A stretch of DNA of 64,000 bases from an uncultured delta proteobacterium (GCA_963771175.1 CAVYSY010000026.1:1-64000); one strand, 5' to 3'. Numbered from the stretch's first letter, positions 8,099 to 17,815 are shown. Program-made: numbers and translations. The notes: generated by a model from the letters alone, not told the origin.

Positions 8099-9628
8099 AT
8101 GGCGAAGACGACCCGATCCCGAGCCCAAGCCGCAGCAACCACCGCGCCGCAGCAAGACCAGGCGCCGGAGCAGCAGCCCCTCGTCACTCCCGAGTCGGAG
8201 GCGAAGCCGGCCAGCCACGACACGGCGCCGCCCCCCGCGCTGCTCGACTTCATGATGAAGGGGTGGAAGCCCCAGACCGGCAAGCCGCCGCCGAAGATGA
8301 AGAACGCCGAGGCCTTCGAGGCCCGTCGCCGTGAGCTCTCCAAGCTCTTCCCGGGCGAGACGCTCGTCATCCCCACCGGCCACGAGAAGGTGCGCGCCAA
8401 CGACACCTACTACCGCTTCCGGCCGGGCACCGACTTCTACTACCTGACGGGCAACATGGAGCCCGACTGCGTGCTCGTGCTGCGTCCCAACCAGGGCGGC
8501 GGCCACACGGACATCCTCTTCGTGGAGCCGAACCCGGGCCGCGGCGACTCCACCTTCTTCACGGACCGCGTGAAGGGCGAGCTGTGGGTAGGCCCTCGGC
8601 TGGGCGTGAAGGAGAGCCAGGCGCGCTACGGCGTCCACGAGGCGCGCGGCCTGCCGGAGCTGCAGAACTTCCTGGAGGGCCTGCGGGGGGCGATGGTGGT
8701 GCCCACGCGCGTGCTGCGCGGCCACTCCGCGAAGGTGGAGGGCGCGGTGCCCGAGCACGCCGAGCGCGACAAGCAGCTCGCCACGGTCCTGTCCGAGATG
8801 CGGCTCATCAAGGACAAGCTGGAGGTGCGTGAGCTGGAGACGGCCATCGACTCCACGCACCGGGGCTTCGAGGACGTCATCCGCCGGCTGAAGGCGGCCC
8901 AGAGCGAGCGCGAGGTGGAGGGAGTCTTCAACCTGCGCGCGCGGGTGGAGGGCAACGACGTGGGCTACGGCACCATCGCCGCGGCCGGCCACCATGCGTG
9001 CGTGCTGCACTGGACGCGCAACGACGGCGACATCAAGAAGGGCGAGCTGCTGCTGCTGGACGCGGGCGTGGAGGGCAACAGCCTCTACACGGCGGACATC
9101 ACGCGCACGCTGCCCATCTCCGGCAGGTTCTCCAAGGAGCAGCGGGAGATCTACGAGCTGGTGCTGGAGGCGCAGAACCAGGCCATCGAGGCGGTGAAGC
9201 CGGGCAACGACTTCATGGAGCCGAACCGGGTGGCCATGCGCGTGCTGGCCGAGGGCCTGTACCGGCTGGGCATCCTGAAGACGAAGCCGGAGGAGGCGCT
9301 GAAGGACGAGAACCAGTTCTACAAGCGCTACTCGCTGCACAACGTCAGCCACATGCTGGGCCTGGACGTGCATGACTGCGCGCAGGCGCGGCAGGAGGCC
9401 TACAAGTTCGGCAAGCTGAAGGCGGGCATGGTGCTGACGGTGGAGCCGGGCCTGTACTTCCAGAAGGACGACCTGACGGTGCCGGCGAAGTACCGGGGCA
9501 TCGGCGTGCGCATCGAGGACGACGTGCTGGTGACGAAGACGGGCTGCCGCGTCCTGTCCGAGGACATCCCGCGCGAGGCGAAGGATGTCGAGGCCTGGAT
9601 GAAGCAGATCTGGAGCGAGAAGCGCTAA
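8099..9628 (+). CDS. pepP: Xaa-Pro aminopeptidase (M24B)
   Basis: YRFRPGTDFYYLTG, LLLLDAG, YTADITRT, HMLGLDVHD, TVEPGLYF, GIGVRIEDD. Confidence 0.93.
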   Translation: MAKTTRSRAQAAATTAPQQDQAPEQQPLVTPESEAKPASHDTAPPPALLDFMMKGWKPQTGKPPPKMKNAEAFEARRRELSKLFPGETLVIPTGHEKVRANDTYYRFRPGTDFYYLTGNMEPDCVLVLRPNQGGGHTDILFVEPNPGRGDSTFFTDRVKGELWVGPRLGVKESQARYGVHEARGLPELQNFLEGLRGAMVVPTRVLRGHSAKVEGAVPEHAERDKQLATVLSEMRLIKDKLEVRELETAIDSTHRGFEDVIRRLKAAQSEREVEGVFNLRARVEGNDVGYGTIAAAGHHACVLHWTRNDGDIKKGELLLLDAGVEGNSLYTADITRTLPISGRFSKEQREIYELVLEAQNQAIEAVKPGNDFMEPNRVAMRVLAEGLYRLGILKTKPEEALKDENQFYKRYSLHNVSHMLGLDVHDCAQARQEAYKFGKLKAGMVLTVEPGLYFQKDDLTVPAKYRGIGVRIEDDVLVTKTGCRVLSEDIPREAKDVEAWMKQIWSEKR

Positions 9629-9634
9629 TCCCCT

Positions 9635-9670
9635 GGGAGGGTGCTCGGGCTCCGGGCACCCTCCCCCTTT
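9635..9670 (+). terminator. Intrinsic terminator after pepP
   Basis: GGGAGGGTGCTCGG-GCT-CCGGGCACCCTCCC stem followed by CCTTT. Confidence 0.65.
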
Positions 9671-9696
9671 GTCCGCCCCCAACCTCAACGCTCGGA

Positions 9697-10131
9697 GTGA
9701 TGATGCGACACGGATTCCCTCTCGCGATCCTCTTCACACTCCTGCTCCTGAGCCCATCCAGAGCCCTGGCACAACCCGGCCCCGGTGGGTGCCAGAACAC
9801 AGTCGAATGCTGCTGTATCGAGGGTCAGAAGAGTTGCTGCGAAACCCTCAAGGAGACCAACCCCGAGCGAGCCAGGCATCTTGAGGAACTCGCGAACGCG
9901 CGGAAGGCCGCCAGCCCCAACCAGTTGAATCAGCAGGTTCGACAGGGAAAGGCCCCCAAGGATGTCAAAAGAGTCGATGCCGGAAAGGTTCCCGGAGAGC
10001 AGTCTCACGTGCATTTCAAGGACGGAGCCGCGCTCAACAAGGACGGTACCTGGAAGCATGGTCATCGAGCGCTCACCGAAGCCGAGAAGCAGTGGCTACA
10101 AGAGAACGGCTGGAGCCTCCCCTCTCCTTAG
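9697..10131 (+). CDS. Small secreted protein: Cys-rich N-domain plus putative polymorphic-toxin C-terminal domain
   Basis: Sec signal ending ALA-Q; CQNTVECCCIEGQKSCC; basic C-domain SPNQLNQQVRQGKAP..RVD....GEQSHVHF.DGAALNKDGTWKHG resembling Rhs-type toxin tips. Confidence 0.6.
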   Translation: MMMRHGFPLAILFTLLLLSPSRALAQPGPGGCQNTVECCCIEGQKSCCETLKETNPERARHLEELANARKAASPNQLNQQVRQGKAPKDVKRVDAGKVPGEQSHVHFKDGAALNKDGTWKHGHRALTEAEKQWLQENGWSLPSP

Positions 10132-10161
10132 ACCAAGCCCGTCCGAAGACGGTGAGGAAGC

Positions 10162-10665
10162 ATGGAACTCTCGAAGTCAAAACTACGGGTCTGGCTCGAT
10201 GAGGCGCTGCGGCATGTCGACCCCAAGGCGCCTCAGCATATCCACATCGATCAACTCGGAGCGGAAGGTGCAAGTGGAGAAGTCGCCCTCCTTCTCGCGA
10301 ACGAAGCCTATGGATTCGTCCTGGAGCACTTGGAAGGAAAAGCTTTAGAGGTCAAGGCGGCGCTCTTCCTGCCGCTCCGAGACACAGAGATCTTCGTTCT
10401 TCAGGCGCCGTCACGAGAGCAACTCATCGGGGAACTGGAGCAAGAGCGAGAACCCCCCAGCGTGTACCTGTTGTCACGCGAGGTGGACAAGCACCTGTAC
10501 GTCCACGAAGAGTATCGAGTTCCCTACGCGCTGAACCTCCCTGTGGCATCCCGCCCCGATGTCATCACCTGGTATCGCGTTCATCGCGATGAAGCGGCTT
10601 ACACGCAAGGCTGGGAGTATTCGCGACACATCCTGCTCGAGCACTACCCGGCAGCTCTCAGATGA
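10162..10665 (+). CDS. Hypothetical acidic cytoplasmic protein, candidate immunity protein
   Basis: RBS GAGGA; directly downstream of the toxin-like gene; same atypical codon usage; Glu-rich. Confidence 0.55.
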   Translation: MELSKSKLRVWLDEALRHVDPKAPQHIHIDQLGAEGASGEVALLLANEAYGFVLEHLEGKALEVKAALFLPLRDTEIFVLQAPSREQLIGELEQEREPPSVYLLSREVDKHLYVHEEYRVPYALNLPVASRPDVITWYRVHRDEAAYTQGWEYSRHILLEHYPAALR

Positions 10666-10692
10666 CCCCCGACTGCGTCCGTGTACCCTGTC

Positions 10693-11190
10693 CTACTTCT
10701 GGGGAACGGAGGCCCGGTCGTAGCACCCGAGCAGCAGCCGCGTGCGCTCGGGTCCTGGTTGATGGCCCCACTGCACCACGGGCGCGCCCAGGAGATAGGA
10801 CTGGAGCTCCACGACCTGCGCGCGCGACACGAGCCCCCGTCGCTTCAGCAGTTGGAGGGACCAGCAGTCCGCGCGCTCCTCGTTGACGTCCTTCGCGAGC
10901 ACCTCGTGCGCGCACGCATGGCCGAACCAGAAGAGCTGCACCGGCGGAGGCAGCCGCGCCAGCAACGCGGGGTTGTACTCGATGTGCGCCGGCACATCGG
11001 GCCATGCGGGGAACCACAGCCCGACATCCGCGAGCGAGGAGTTCGGCACGAAGGCCACCGGCACGCCCTGCGAGGACATGCAGGACATGGGCACACCCGC
11101 GATCCGGGGGTTGTACGGGGTCACGGGTTGGGCTCGCGCGAGGCCAGGAAGGCCCACGAACACCGTGAGTGCCAGGAAGAAGGCGCGCAT
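10693..11190 (-). CDS. Hypothetical secreted protein with degenerate zincin motif
   Basis: Signal peptide; LFWFGHACAHEVL...NEERADCW. Confidence 0.65.
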   Translation of the reverse strand: MRAFFLALTVFVGLPGLARAQPVTPYNPRIAGVPMSCMSSQGVPVAFVPNSSLADVGLWFPAWPDVPAHIEYNPALLARLPPPVQLFWFGHACAHEVLAKDVNEERADCWSLQLLKRRGLVSRAQVVELQSYLLGAPVVQWGHQPGPERTRLLLGCYDRASVPQK

Positions 11191-11201
11191 GCCGCGAGAC
11201 T

Positions 11202-12494
11202 CTACCCCGCGTCCACCTTGAACTCGCGGGGCGCCGTGGAGTCGTCGGGCGTCACGGTGAAGGACAGGCGGCCAATCTCCCGCCCGTCCTCGGTCTCCAT
11301 GGAGACGCGCCAGTCACCAGCCCGGGGGTTCGTCACGTACGCGAAGGTGCGGTAACCCCGCTCCCGCCCTCCCTGCTCCAGGTACAGGTCGTCGTAGGCG
11401 TGGTACTCGGTCCAGCCCTTCTCCGGGTCGTCGTAGGACCAGCGGATGACGAGCCTCGTGCCCCTGTCTCCCGCGGACAGGGGTTTGAAGCTGCCAGGCG
11501 CGAAGACGCTCGCGAAGAAGTAGACCTTGTCGCCGGGACGCGCGCGGAAGTCCTGGTCCCCGCGCTCCCACGGCGTCCACTCGGGGCGCTCGTGGAGCAG
11601 CCGGTAGTCCTTGCCCCTCGGCCCCTTCACCACCTCCACCCCGTGGTAGATGCCGCTGGACAGCATGGACAGCGGCACCGGGGGGATCGCCTTCACCGCG
11701 TACAGCCCGAGCAGCAGCACCTGCACACCGAGGCCCGGCAGGGCCACGTGCCGCAGCGTGCGCCGCCTGTCCCCGCTCCACCAGCGCACCAGCAGGGTGA
11801 GGAACAGGGTGGCGAGGCAGGACAGGCCCGCCGCGGCCACGAACAGACTCCCGCTGAAGTAGCCGAGGAGCACCGGCAGCAGGTACGCGAAGTACGAGGT
11901 GACGCAGAAGCTGTAGAGCCCCACGCGCACCACGGGACCCCGCGCCCGAAAGCGCGGCAGCTCGTTGACCACCAGCAGCCCGAAGAGGCCCGCGAGGAAC
12001 AGGAACGCCGTCAGCCCGGACGCGCTCTTGAAATAGAAGAGCGTGTAGGGACTCAGCAGGCCGCCGAGGAAGAAGTGCAACGCGCCCTCGCGGAAGCGCC
12101 ACACCCGGGCGAGCCAGCGCGGCGGCTCCACGTCCCAGCTCCAGCGCAGCTCCACCAGCAGCAGCAGGCCCAGCACGCCCAGGTACGTGCCCTGCTTGGT
12201 GAGCAGGAACCGACTGTCGATGCGCGGGAGCGTGAGGATGTCGTAGGCGAAGCCCGCGAAGAAGAAGAGCGCCAATTCCCACTTCGCGTAGCGGGCCCGG
12301 AAGTCCCGTACCCGCTCCCTCAGCCGGGACGTCTTCTCCGTGGGAAACCCGTCCTCGGGCGGGAGGGAAGCGACAATGGGCGCCTCGGTGAGGGGCGCCT
12401 CGGAGACAGCGACGAGCGTCTCCGGCTCCGGGCTCGGGGCGAGCTCAGGAGTAACGGTCGTCTCGCCAGGGGTGCGCGGTGTTGCTGTAGCCAC
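11202..12494 (-). CDS. DUF2914-like membrane protein
   Basis: FFFAGFAYDILTL, multiple TM segments, IPPVPLS, VYFFASVFAP, GGRERGYRTF, GDWRVSMETEDGREIGRL; start uncertain. Confidence 0.8.
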   Translation of the reverse strand: MATATPRTPGETTVTPELAPSPEPETLVAVSEAPLTEAPIVASLPPEDGFPTEKTSRLRERVRDFRARYAKWELALFFFAGFAYDILTLPRIDSRFLLTKQGTYLGVLGLLLLVELRWSWDVEPPRWLARVWRFREGALHFFLGGLLSPYTLFYFKSASGLTAFLFLAGLFGLLVVNELPRFRARGPVVRVGLYSFCVTSYFAYLLPVLLGYFSGSLFVAAAGLSCLATLFLTLLVRWWSGDRRRTLRHVALPGLGVQVLLLGLYAVKAIPPVPLSMLSSGIYHGVEVVKGPRGKDYRLLHERPEWTPWERGDQDFRARPGDKVYFFASVFAPGSFKPLSAGDRGTRLVIRWSYDDPEKGWTEYHAYDDLYLEQGGRERGYRTFAYVTNPRAGDWRVSMETEDGREIGRLSFTVTPDDSTAPREFKVDAG

Positions 12495-12600
12495 GAATTT
12501 CCCAGAAGCCTGGCGCATCCTGCCGGAGGAACTCGATGCGGCCGCTGCCCATTGTACGTGTGCACCAGCGGCACGTCGTCCTCGAGGCGCCTCCTCGATC
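12445..12600 (-). pseudogene. Remnant of a sulfite-oxidase-like molybdopterin oxidoreductase (YuiH type)
   Basis: RIEFLRQDAPGFWEIRGYSNTAHPWRDDRYS* plus out-of-frame LEDDVPLVHTYNGQ upstream. Confidence 0.7.
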
Positions 12601-12783
12601 GCCGGGCATGGGGCCTGCCTCAAGCGCCACCGGTTAACAACCGTTCGCCCCTCCGCGGGAATGGGTGTTCGGTTCACGACGGGGCGGCGGGTTCCGTGCA
12701 CCCAGGGGAAGCGGGTTGGGTGTCAGACCAGGGCTAGCATTCGTCTTGCCTCGCGAATCCTGACTTCGGAAAGAGGAGCCCCC

Positions 12784-13431
12784 ATGAGCACGGCACCTGG
12801 CGCCATCTTGACCTTCGACGACGGTCCGATCGACGACAAGGGAAAGGACGTGGGGCTGAAGACGATCCTGGACATCCTCGATGCCAACCGCATCACGGGA
12901 GTGTTCTTCGTGCTGGGCGAGGAGGTGCGGAAGCAGCCGGCCCTGGCCCGGCTCATCGCCGAGCGTGGCCACATCATCCAGAGCCACGCCTGGAGCCACG
13001 TGCAGCTCCCCAAGCTTCCCGAGCAACAGCTCCGGCAGGAGCTGCAGAAGACGCAGGACGTCGTCTTCCAGGCGGCGGGGGTGCGCCCCAACCGACTGCG
13101 CCCTCCCTTCGGCGCCGGTTGGGTGGGCACCAAGAGCCCGCTGCTGCAGAAGGTGGCGACGGAGCTGGGCCTCCAGCTCACGGGGTGGGACGTGGACACC
13201 AACGACTGGAAGGCCCCCCGGGGCCTGCTGGCCGATCAGAAGTTCTACCCGGCCCGCAAGGGCTGGAAGGACCTCAGCCTCAAGCGCGGCCGGGCGGTGG
13301 ATCTCCTCATGCACGTGAATCAGGACACGGCGAAGGACCTGAAGGCCTTCATTCACGGCCTCCAGGCGGACGGGTGGGAGTTCCGGACGTACGGGGATGC
13401 ACCCCAGAAACCCTCCGTGTCGGTGGCCTGA
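12784..13431 (+). CDS. Polysaccharide deacetylase (CE4/NodB)
   Basis: LTFDDGP, HAWSH, RPPFG, WDVDTNDW, LLMH motifs; RBS GAGGAG. Confidence 0.9.
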   Translation: MSTAPGAILTFDDGPIDDKGKDVGLKTILDILDANRITGVFFVLGEEVRKQPALARLIAERGHIIQSHAWSHVQLPKLPEQQLRQELQKTQDVVFQAAGVRPNRLRPPFGAGWVGTKSPLLQKVATELGLQLTGWDVDTNDWKAPRGLLADQKFYPARKGWKDLSLKRGRAVDLLMHVNQDTAKDLKAFIHGLQADGWEFRTYGDAPQKPSVSVA

Positions 13432-13473
13432 GGCTCCATCAACCCATCACCTCTTTCCTGCTCGAGGCACTCC

Positions 13474-14322
13474 ATGTCCACCGCGCTCCCCGCGCTGTCT
13501 CCTTCCCCTGCCCCCTTCCGCAATGCACGCTTCGCTGGCCCGTCGGACCTGGTGGAGGTACTCGCCGGCAAGACCACGCTCGGTCGTGGCAGCCGGGGAG
13601 ACGGCCTGAAGGCCGTGCAGCAGGCCCTCATCGACATGGGCTTCAGCCTGCACGGGGGCGCGGACGGCGCCTACGGCCGGCAGTCGGCCAAGGCGGTGCG
13701 GAACTTCCAGGTGCATGCCCGCTCCGCCTTCCCCGAGGTGCAGCCCTCGGGCGTGGTGGATGCCCCCACCCTGCGCGCCCTCGACGTGCTCGCCCCGGCG
13801 CCCAAGCAGCGCGGCCAGACGGACAACCTCCCGGTGCCGCTCTATGACGGAAGGCCGGTGCGCGTGGTCGTGGTGAAGGACGAGCACCGCACGTTCCTCT
13901 TCGACGCCCAGGGAAGGCTTCAGTCCATCTTCGGCAACGCCGTGGGCGCGCGTGCCACCCAGACGGACACCGGCTTGAAGAAGATCAACAAGAAGCTGGG
14001 CTTCGCGGACGCACGCGCCCTGGGGCAGAAACTGTGGGGAGGCCCTGTCTTCGGGCCTCGCCTCATCGACCTGTCCTGGTCGGATGGCTCGCGCTCGGGC
14101 GAGGAACTCCACGGAACCAACGCGCCCACCCAGTTGGGCGAGGACGTCTCCCACGGGTGCATCCGCCACGACAACGTGGCCATCATCGCCCTCTACGAGG
14201 CCCTCCAGGTGGGGGACTGGGTCGCCGTCGTCAACACCGTGCGAGCTCCCCACTTGGGGCCGCCGGCATCCTCTCCCGGCAACACGCTCGACCTCACGGG
14301 AGCGGTGGCCTCGCGCGAATAG
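13474..14322 (+). CDS. Peptidoglycan-binding domain plus L,D-transpeptidase (YkuD) protein
   Basis: LGRGSRGDGLKAVQQAL..GADGAYG...AVRNFQ; ELHGT...SHGCIR. Confidence 0.85.
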   Translation: MSTALPALSPSPAPFRNARFAGPSDLVEVLAGKTTLGRGSRGDGLKAVQQALIDMGFSLHGGADGAYGRQSAKAVRNFQVHARSAFPEVQPSGVVDAPTLRALDVLAPAPKQRGQTDNLPVPLYDGRPVRVVVVKDEHRTFLFDAQGRLQSIFGNAVGARATQTDTGLKKINKKLGFADARALGQKLWGGPVFGPRLIDLSWSDGSRSGEELHGTNAPTQLGEDVSHGCIRHDNVAIIALYEALQVGDWVAVVNTVRAPHLGPPASSPGNTLDLTGAVASRE

Positions 14323-14331
14323 AGGGCACTT

Positions 14332-14355
14332 CGCCCTCCCCTCCAGGGGAGGGCG
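14332..14355. terminator. Hairpin between convergent genes
   Basis: CGCCCTCCCC-TCCA-GGGGAGGGCG. Confidence 0.5.
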
Positions 14356-14364
14356 TGGGCACGG

Positions 14365-14688
14365 TCAGGCCGGAGCCTTGCCTGCCACCATGTCGGCCAG
14401 CTCGCCCCGCTCCTCCAGCTCCATGAGGATGTCCGAGCCCCCGACGAACTTCCCGTTGATGAACACCTGGGGAATCGTGGGCCAGTTGCTGTACTCCTTG
14501 ATGCCCTGGCGCACCTCGGGATCGGCCAGCACGTCCACCGTGTGCACCTGCCCGTGCTGCTGGAGGATCTGCAGCGCCCGCGCGGAGAAGCCGCACTGCG
14601 GGAACAGCGCGTTGCCCTTCATGAAGAGGACGATCTTGTGATTGCGGATCTCCTCGTCGAAGCGAGCCTTCAGGTTCGGATTCATCAT
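14365..14688 (-). CDS. grxD: Monothiol glutaredoxin
   Basis: LFMKG..FPQCGFS, WPTIPQVFINGKFVGGSDI. Confidence 0.95.
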   Translation of the reverse strand: MMNPNLKARFDEEIRNHKIVLFMKGNALFPQCGFSARALQILQQHGQVHTVDVLADPEVRQGIKEYSNWPTIPQVFINGKFVGGSDILMELEERGELADMVAGKAPA

Positions 14689-14698
14689 TGCTTCCTCG

Positions 14699-14956
14699 TC
14701 AGCGAGAGCCGAGCTTCTTCCATTGCTCGGGCGAATAGGTCTTGAGGGCGAGCGCGTGCAGCTCGCCGGTCTTCAGCCAGTCCTGGAGCGGCGCGTACAC
14801 CAGCTGGTGCTGCTCCACCATGGACTTCCCCGCGAAGGAGGGGCTCACCACGCGCGCCTCGAAGTGGTCTCCGGTGCCGGTGGTGTCGTTCACGTCCACT
14901 TCCGAGCCGGGCAGCGCGCCGAGAATCCTCTGGCGGATGGCATTCGGGTCAAGCAT
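14699..14956 (-). CDS. BolA family protein
   Basis: GDHFEARVVSPSFAGKSMVEQHQLVY..L..GELHALAL. Confidence 0.9.
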   Translation of the reverse strand: MLDPNAIRQRILGALPGSEVDVNDTTGTGDHFEARVVSPSFAGKSMVEQHQLVYAPLQDWLKTGELHALALKTYSPEQWKKLGSR

Positions 14957-15501
14957 CAGTTCAGTCCCTTTCCCTTCATGAGCATGGCGGGATCCACCCC
15001 CATGCTCTTCAAGGTGCTGTCCCATAGCAGACCCGGGTCCCCTTCGAGCACGGGACGAGCGGACGCCTCGACATACAGCCAGGAGCCCGAGGCGAGCTCG
15101 CTCTCGAGCTGCCCGGCGCCCCAGCCGGCGTAGCCCAGGCAGAAGCGCAGGTGCCGCGAGGGATCCATCAGCAGCGGGCCCAACGTGTCCAGGGTGAGGC
15201 TGAGGTAGAGACCGGGCACCACCTCGTGCTTCTCCGTCACACGCTCGTCGTCGTGGAGGACGAAGCCGCGATGGGGCTCCACGGGGCCGCCCATGAAGAC
15301 GGGCTGGCTCACCCGCTCGGGGGAGATGCCAATGGACTGGTTCTTCGCCAACTCGCCCAACGTCAACGAAGCGCCCCGGTTGATGATCAACCCCATGGAG
15401 CCGTTCTCGCCATGCTCGAGCATGAGGATGACCGAGCGCCGGAAGCTCGATTCCCCCAACTGGGGCATGGCCACTAAAAAGCCGGGAGCAAGTGTCTGCA
15501 C
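14956..15501 (-). CDS. YqgE/AlgH family protein
   Basis: FLVAMPQL...FRRSVI, GSMGLIIN, MGGPVE, LGYAGWGAGQLESE. Confidence 0.9.
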   Translation of the reverse strand: MQTLAPGFLVAMPQLGESSFRRSVILMLEHGENGSMGLIINRGASLTLGELAKNQSIGISPERVSQPVFMGGPVEPHRGFVLHDDERVTEKHEVVPGLYLSLTLDTLGPLLMDPSRHLRFCLGYAGWGAGQLESELASGSWLYVEASARPVLEGDPGLLWDSTLKSMGVDPAMLMKGKGLN

Positions 15502-15559
15502 AGAGGGAAGTGTCCGCCCTTCCCACCCTCCGCGCAACCGATTCGTACCCGCTCGGACG

Positions 15560-16015
15560 TCAGTGCCAGCTCGTGTGCCGGGACTGCAGCGCCTGCGCCA
15601 GTTTCTCCGGCGCCAGCGGCTTGCCGATGAACAGATCCGCCCCCAGACCCTTGCACTTGCGAGCCATGGACGCGTCGCTCATGGCACTCACGCCGATGAG
15701 GATGGACTGGGGGAACTTCTCGCGCAGACGGGCCATGAGGTTGGTGCCACTGCGGCCCGGGAGGAAGACGTCCACGATGGCCGCGTCCATGCGCTTGTTG
15801 CGCACGGCGAACTCGGCCTCCTCGGCACTGCCCACCGGTAGCGGCTCGTAGCCCCACTGGGTCAGCAGCTCCACCAGCAACTCGCGGTGCGCCGGGTCGT
15901 CCTCGACGATGAGCACCGAGCCCCTGACCGGCTCCAGCTTCAGGTTGTCATCGGCCTGCTTCTCGGAGCGGGCATGGCCCGTGGCAATGGGAAGATCCTC
16001 GTTGACGATGGACAT
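15560..16015 (-). CDS. Single-domain response regulator
   Basis: LIVEDD, AIVDVFLPG, FIGKP receiver motifs. Confidence 0.85.
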   Translation of the reverse strand: MSIVNEDLPIATGHARSEKQADDNLKLEPVRGSVLIVEDDPAHRELLVELLTQWGYEPLPVGSAEEAEFAVRNKRMDAAIVDVFLPGRSGTNLMARLREKFPQSILIGVSAMSDASMARKCKGLGADLFIGKPLAPEKLAQALQSRHTSWH

Positions 16016-16114
16016 GGCGGCTCCCAGGGCAAGGGGTTTCGTGTGGTGGAAACGGCCACCTCCATGCACGGAATTCCACACTCGCAACGTCCGCCAGGGA
16101 GGGCCGCTGCCCCC

Positions 16115-16931
16115 TCAGGCGCGGCGCGGCCCGGCCCCGAGCGCCTGGGAAGCAAGCGAGGCACCGAGCACCAGCAGAACCAGCAGCCCCCAGGCGGGCA
16201 GCACCACGCGCGCGCCACCCTCGTAGATGAGGGCCGCGTAGCTGGTGCCCAGGTAGCGGCCAAGCGACATGGGCTCCATCCGGGCGATGCCGAAGAAGCT
16301 GACGGTGGACTCGGTGAGGATGGCGGTCGGCAGGCGGCTGAGGAAGACGGCGAGCACGAAGGGGCGCAGCGCGGGCCACAGGTGGACGCGCAGCAGGTGC
16401 CACCGGCCGGCGCCCAGGGCACGCGAGGCGGCGATGAACTCCTGGCCCTCCAGCGTGGCGAGGCGGTTGCGGAACATGCGCGCCGGGCCCGCCCAGCCCA
16501 CCAGGGCCAGGGACACCACCATGAGCCCGAAGGGCCCCAGTCCCCCGGCCTGGCCCGCGTCCAGCATCGACTGGCCGGCGAGCTGGAGCACCATCACCAC
16601 CAGCACGTCCGGCAGCGCGAAGACGGCGTCCACCGCACGCAGCACCCAATGCTCCACCGTGCCTCCGGCGGCTCGGGCGACCATGGCCACGGAGAGCCCC
16701 AGCACGGTGGACAGGGCACCGGCGGTCAGGCCGATGGCCAGGGAGACCCAGAGGCCACCGAAGGCCAGCTCGCACACGGTGCGATCGGGCCGCATGGGGT
16801 CCATGCCCAGGGGGCAGGTGCTGGCGAGCAGCCTCGGGGAAGACGCGGGCGGCGAGCCAGCTCGCGAGGCCCAGGCCCACGAGCAGCACGAGGCCCACCC
16901 AGGCCCGCGTGGGCACCCGGTTCGCGCTCAT
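16115..16931 (-). CDS. Peptide ABC transporter permease (OppC-like), apparent frameshift near 16825
   Basis: EFIAASRALGA EAA loop, TESTVSFFG; N-terminus MSANRVP in another frame. Confidence 0.8.
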
Positions 16932-17812
16932 GACCGGGCCTCCCGAGCCCTCGGGTCCACGAGGAGGCGCACGAGCTCCACCCCCATGCCGACGACGACG
17001 AGCAACGAGGCGAAGACGGTGGTGGCCACCACCACCACGGCCACCTGCTTCTGCAGCACGGCGAGCACGTAGAGCTGGCCGAAGTACGGCAGGCCGAAGA
17101 CGCGCTCGGCGGCGAAGGAGCCGGCGAGGAGCGCGGTGGCCACGGGCCCCACGGCGTCCAGCAGCGCGGGGAGCACGTTGGGCAGCACGTGGCGCCACAG
17201 CACGGTGCGGGGAGGGAGGCCCTTGCTGAGCGCGGTGCGCACGTAGTCCCGGGCCAGCTCCGTCTCCAGCGCATCCGCCACCAGCGTGCCGAGGAAGACA
17301 CCCGGCCAGACGGAGATGACGAGCGCGGCGCACAACTCGGGCAGCAGGTGTCCGCGCTCCACCACGGCGGGCGCGAGCAGCAGCGCGGGGATGAAGACGG
17401 GAGTCCCGAAGGCCGCGGCGGGAATCGCATCCCCGAGCACGGAGAGCCGGCTGCGTCGCCAGCGGGCCCGCAGCAGCGCGAAGGCCAGGGCCCACCCGAG
17501 CGCGAGCGCCAGGGCCACCAGTCCCACGCCCACGCTGCCGGAGAGCTTGAGGAGCAATTCGTCGCCGGTGACGCCCTGGGCACTGGTGCCCAGCCGCTGG
17601 CCCGCGAAGAGCTTCTCCCACGGGCGGAGGAAGCCGAGCGGCTGCCCCAGGCCGAGGTCCTTCCGGTACGAGGCGAGCACCTCGGGGGACACCTGTCGCT
17701 TGGAGTCGTCCTCGGTCGTCAGCGGCAGCGCGGCCATGAGGAAGTAGGACGCGAGCGCGACGATCGGCACGAGCACCAGTTGCCGGCCGATGCGGACGAG
17801 CGCGGGAGACAT
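16928..17812 (-). CDS. Peptide ABC transporter permease (OppB-like)
   Basis: DYVRTALSKGL, RHVLPN, ERVFGLPYFG. Confidence 0.88.
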   Translation of the reverse strand: MSPALVRIGRQLVLVPIVALASYFLMAALPLTTEDDSKRQVSPEVLASYRKDLGLGQPLGFLRPWEKLFAGQRLGTSAQGVTGDELLLKLSGSVGVGLVALALALGWALAFALLRARWRRSRLSVLGDAIPAAAFGTPVFIPALLLAPAVVERGHLLPELCAALVISVWPGVFLGTLVADALETELARDYVRTALSKGLPPRTVLWRHVLPNVLPALLDAVGPVATALLAGSFAAERVFGLPYFGQLYVLAVLQKQVAVVVVATTVFASLLVVVGMGVELVRLLVDPRAREARS

Positions 17813-17815
17813 GGC

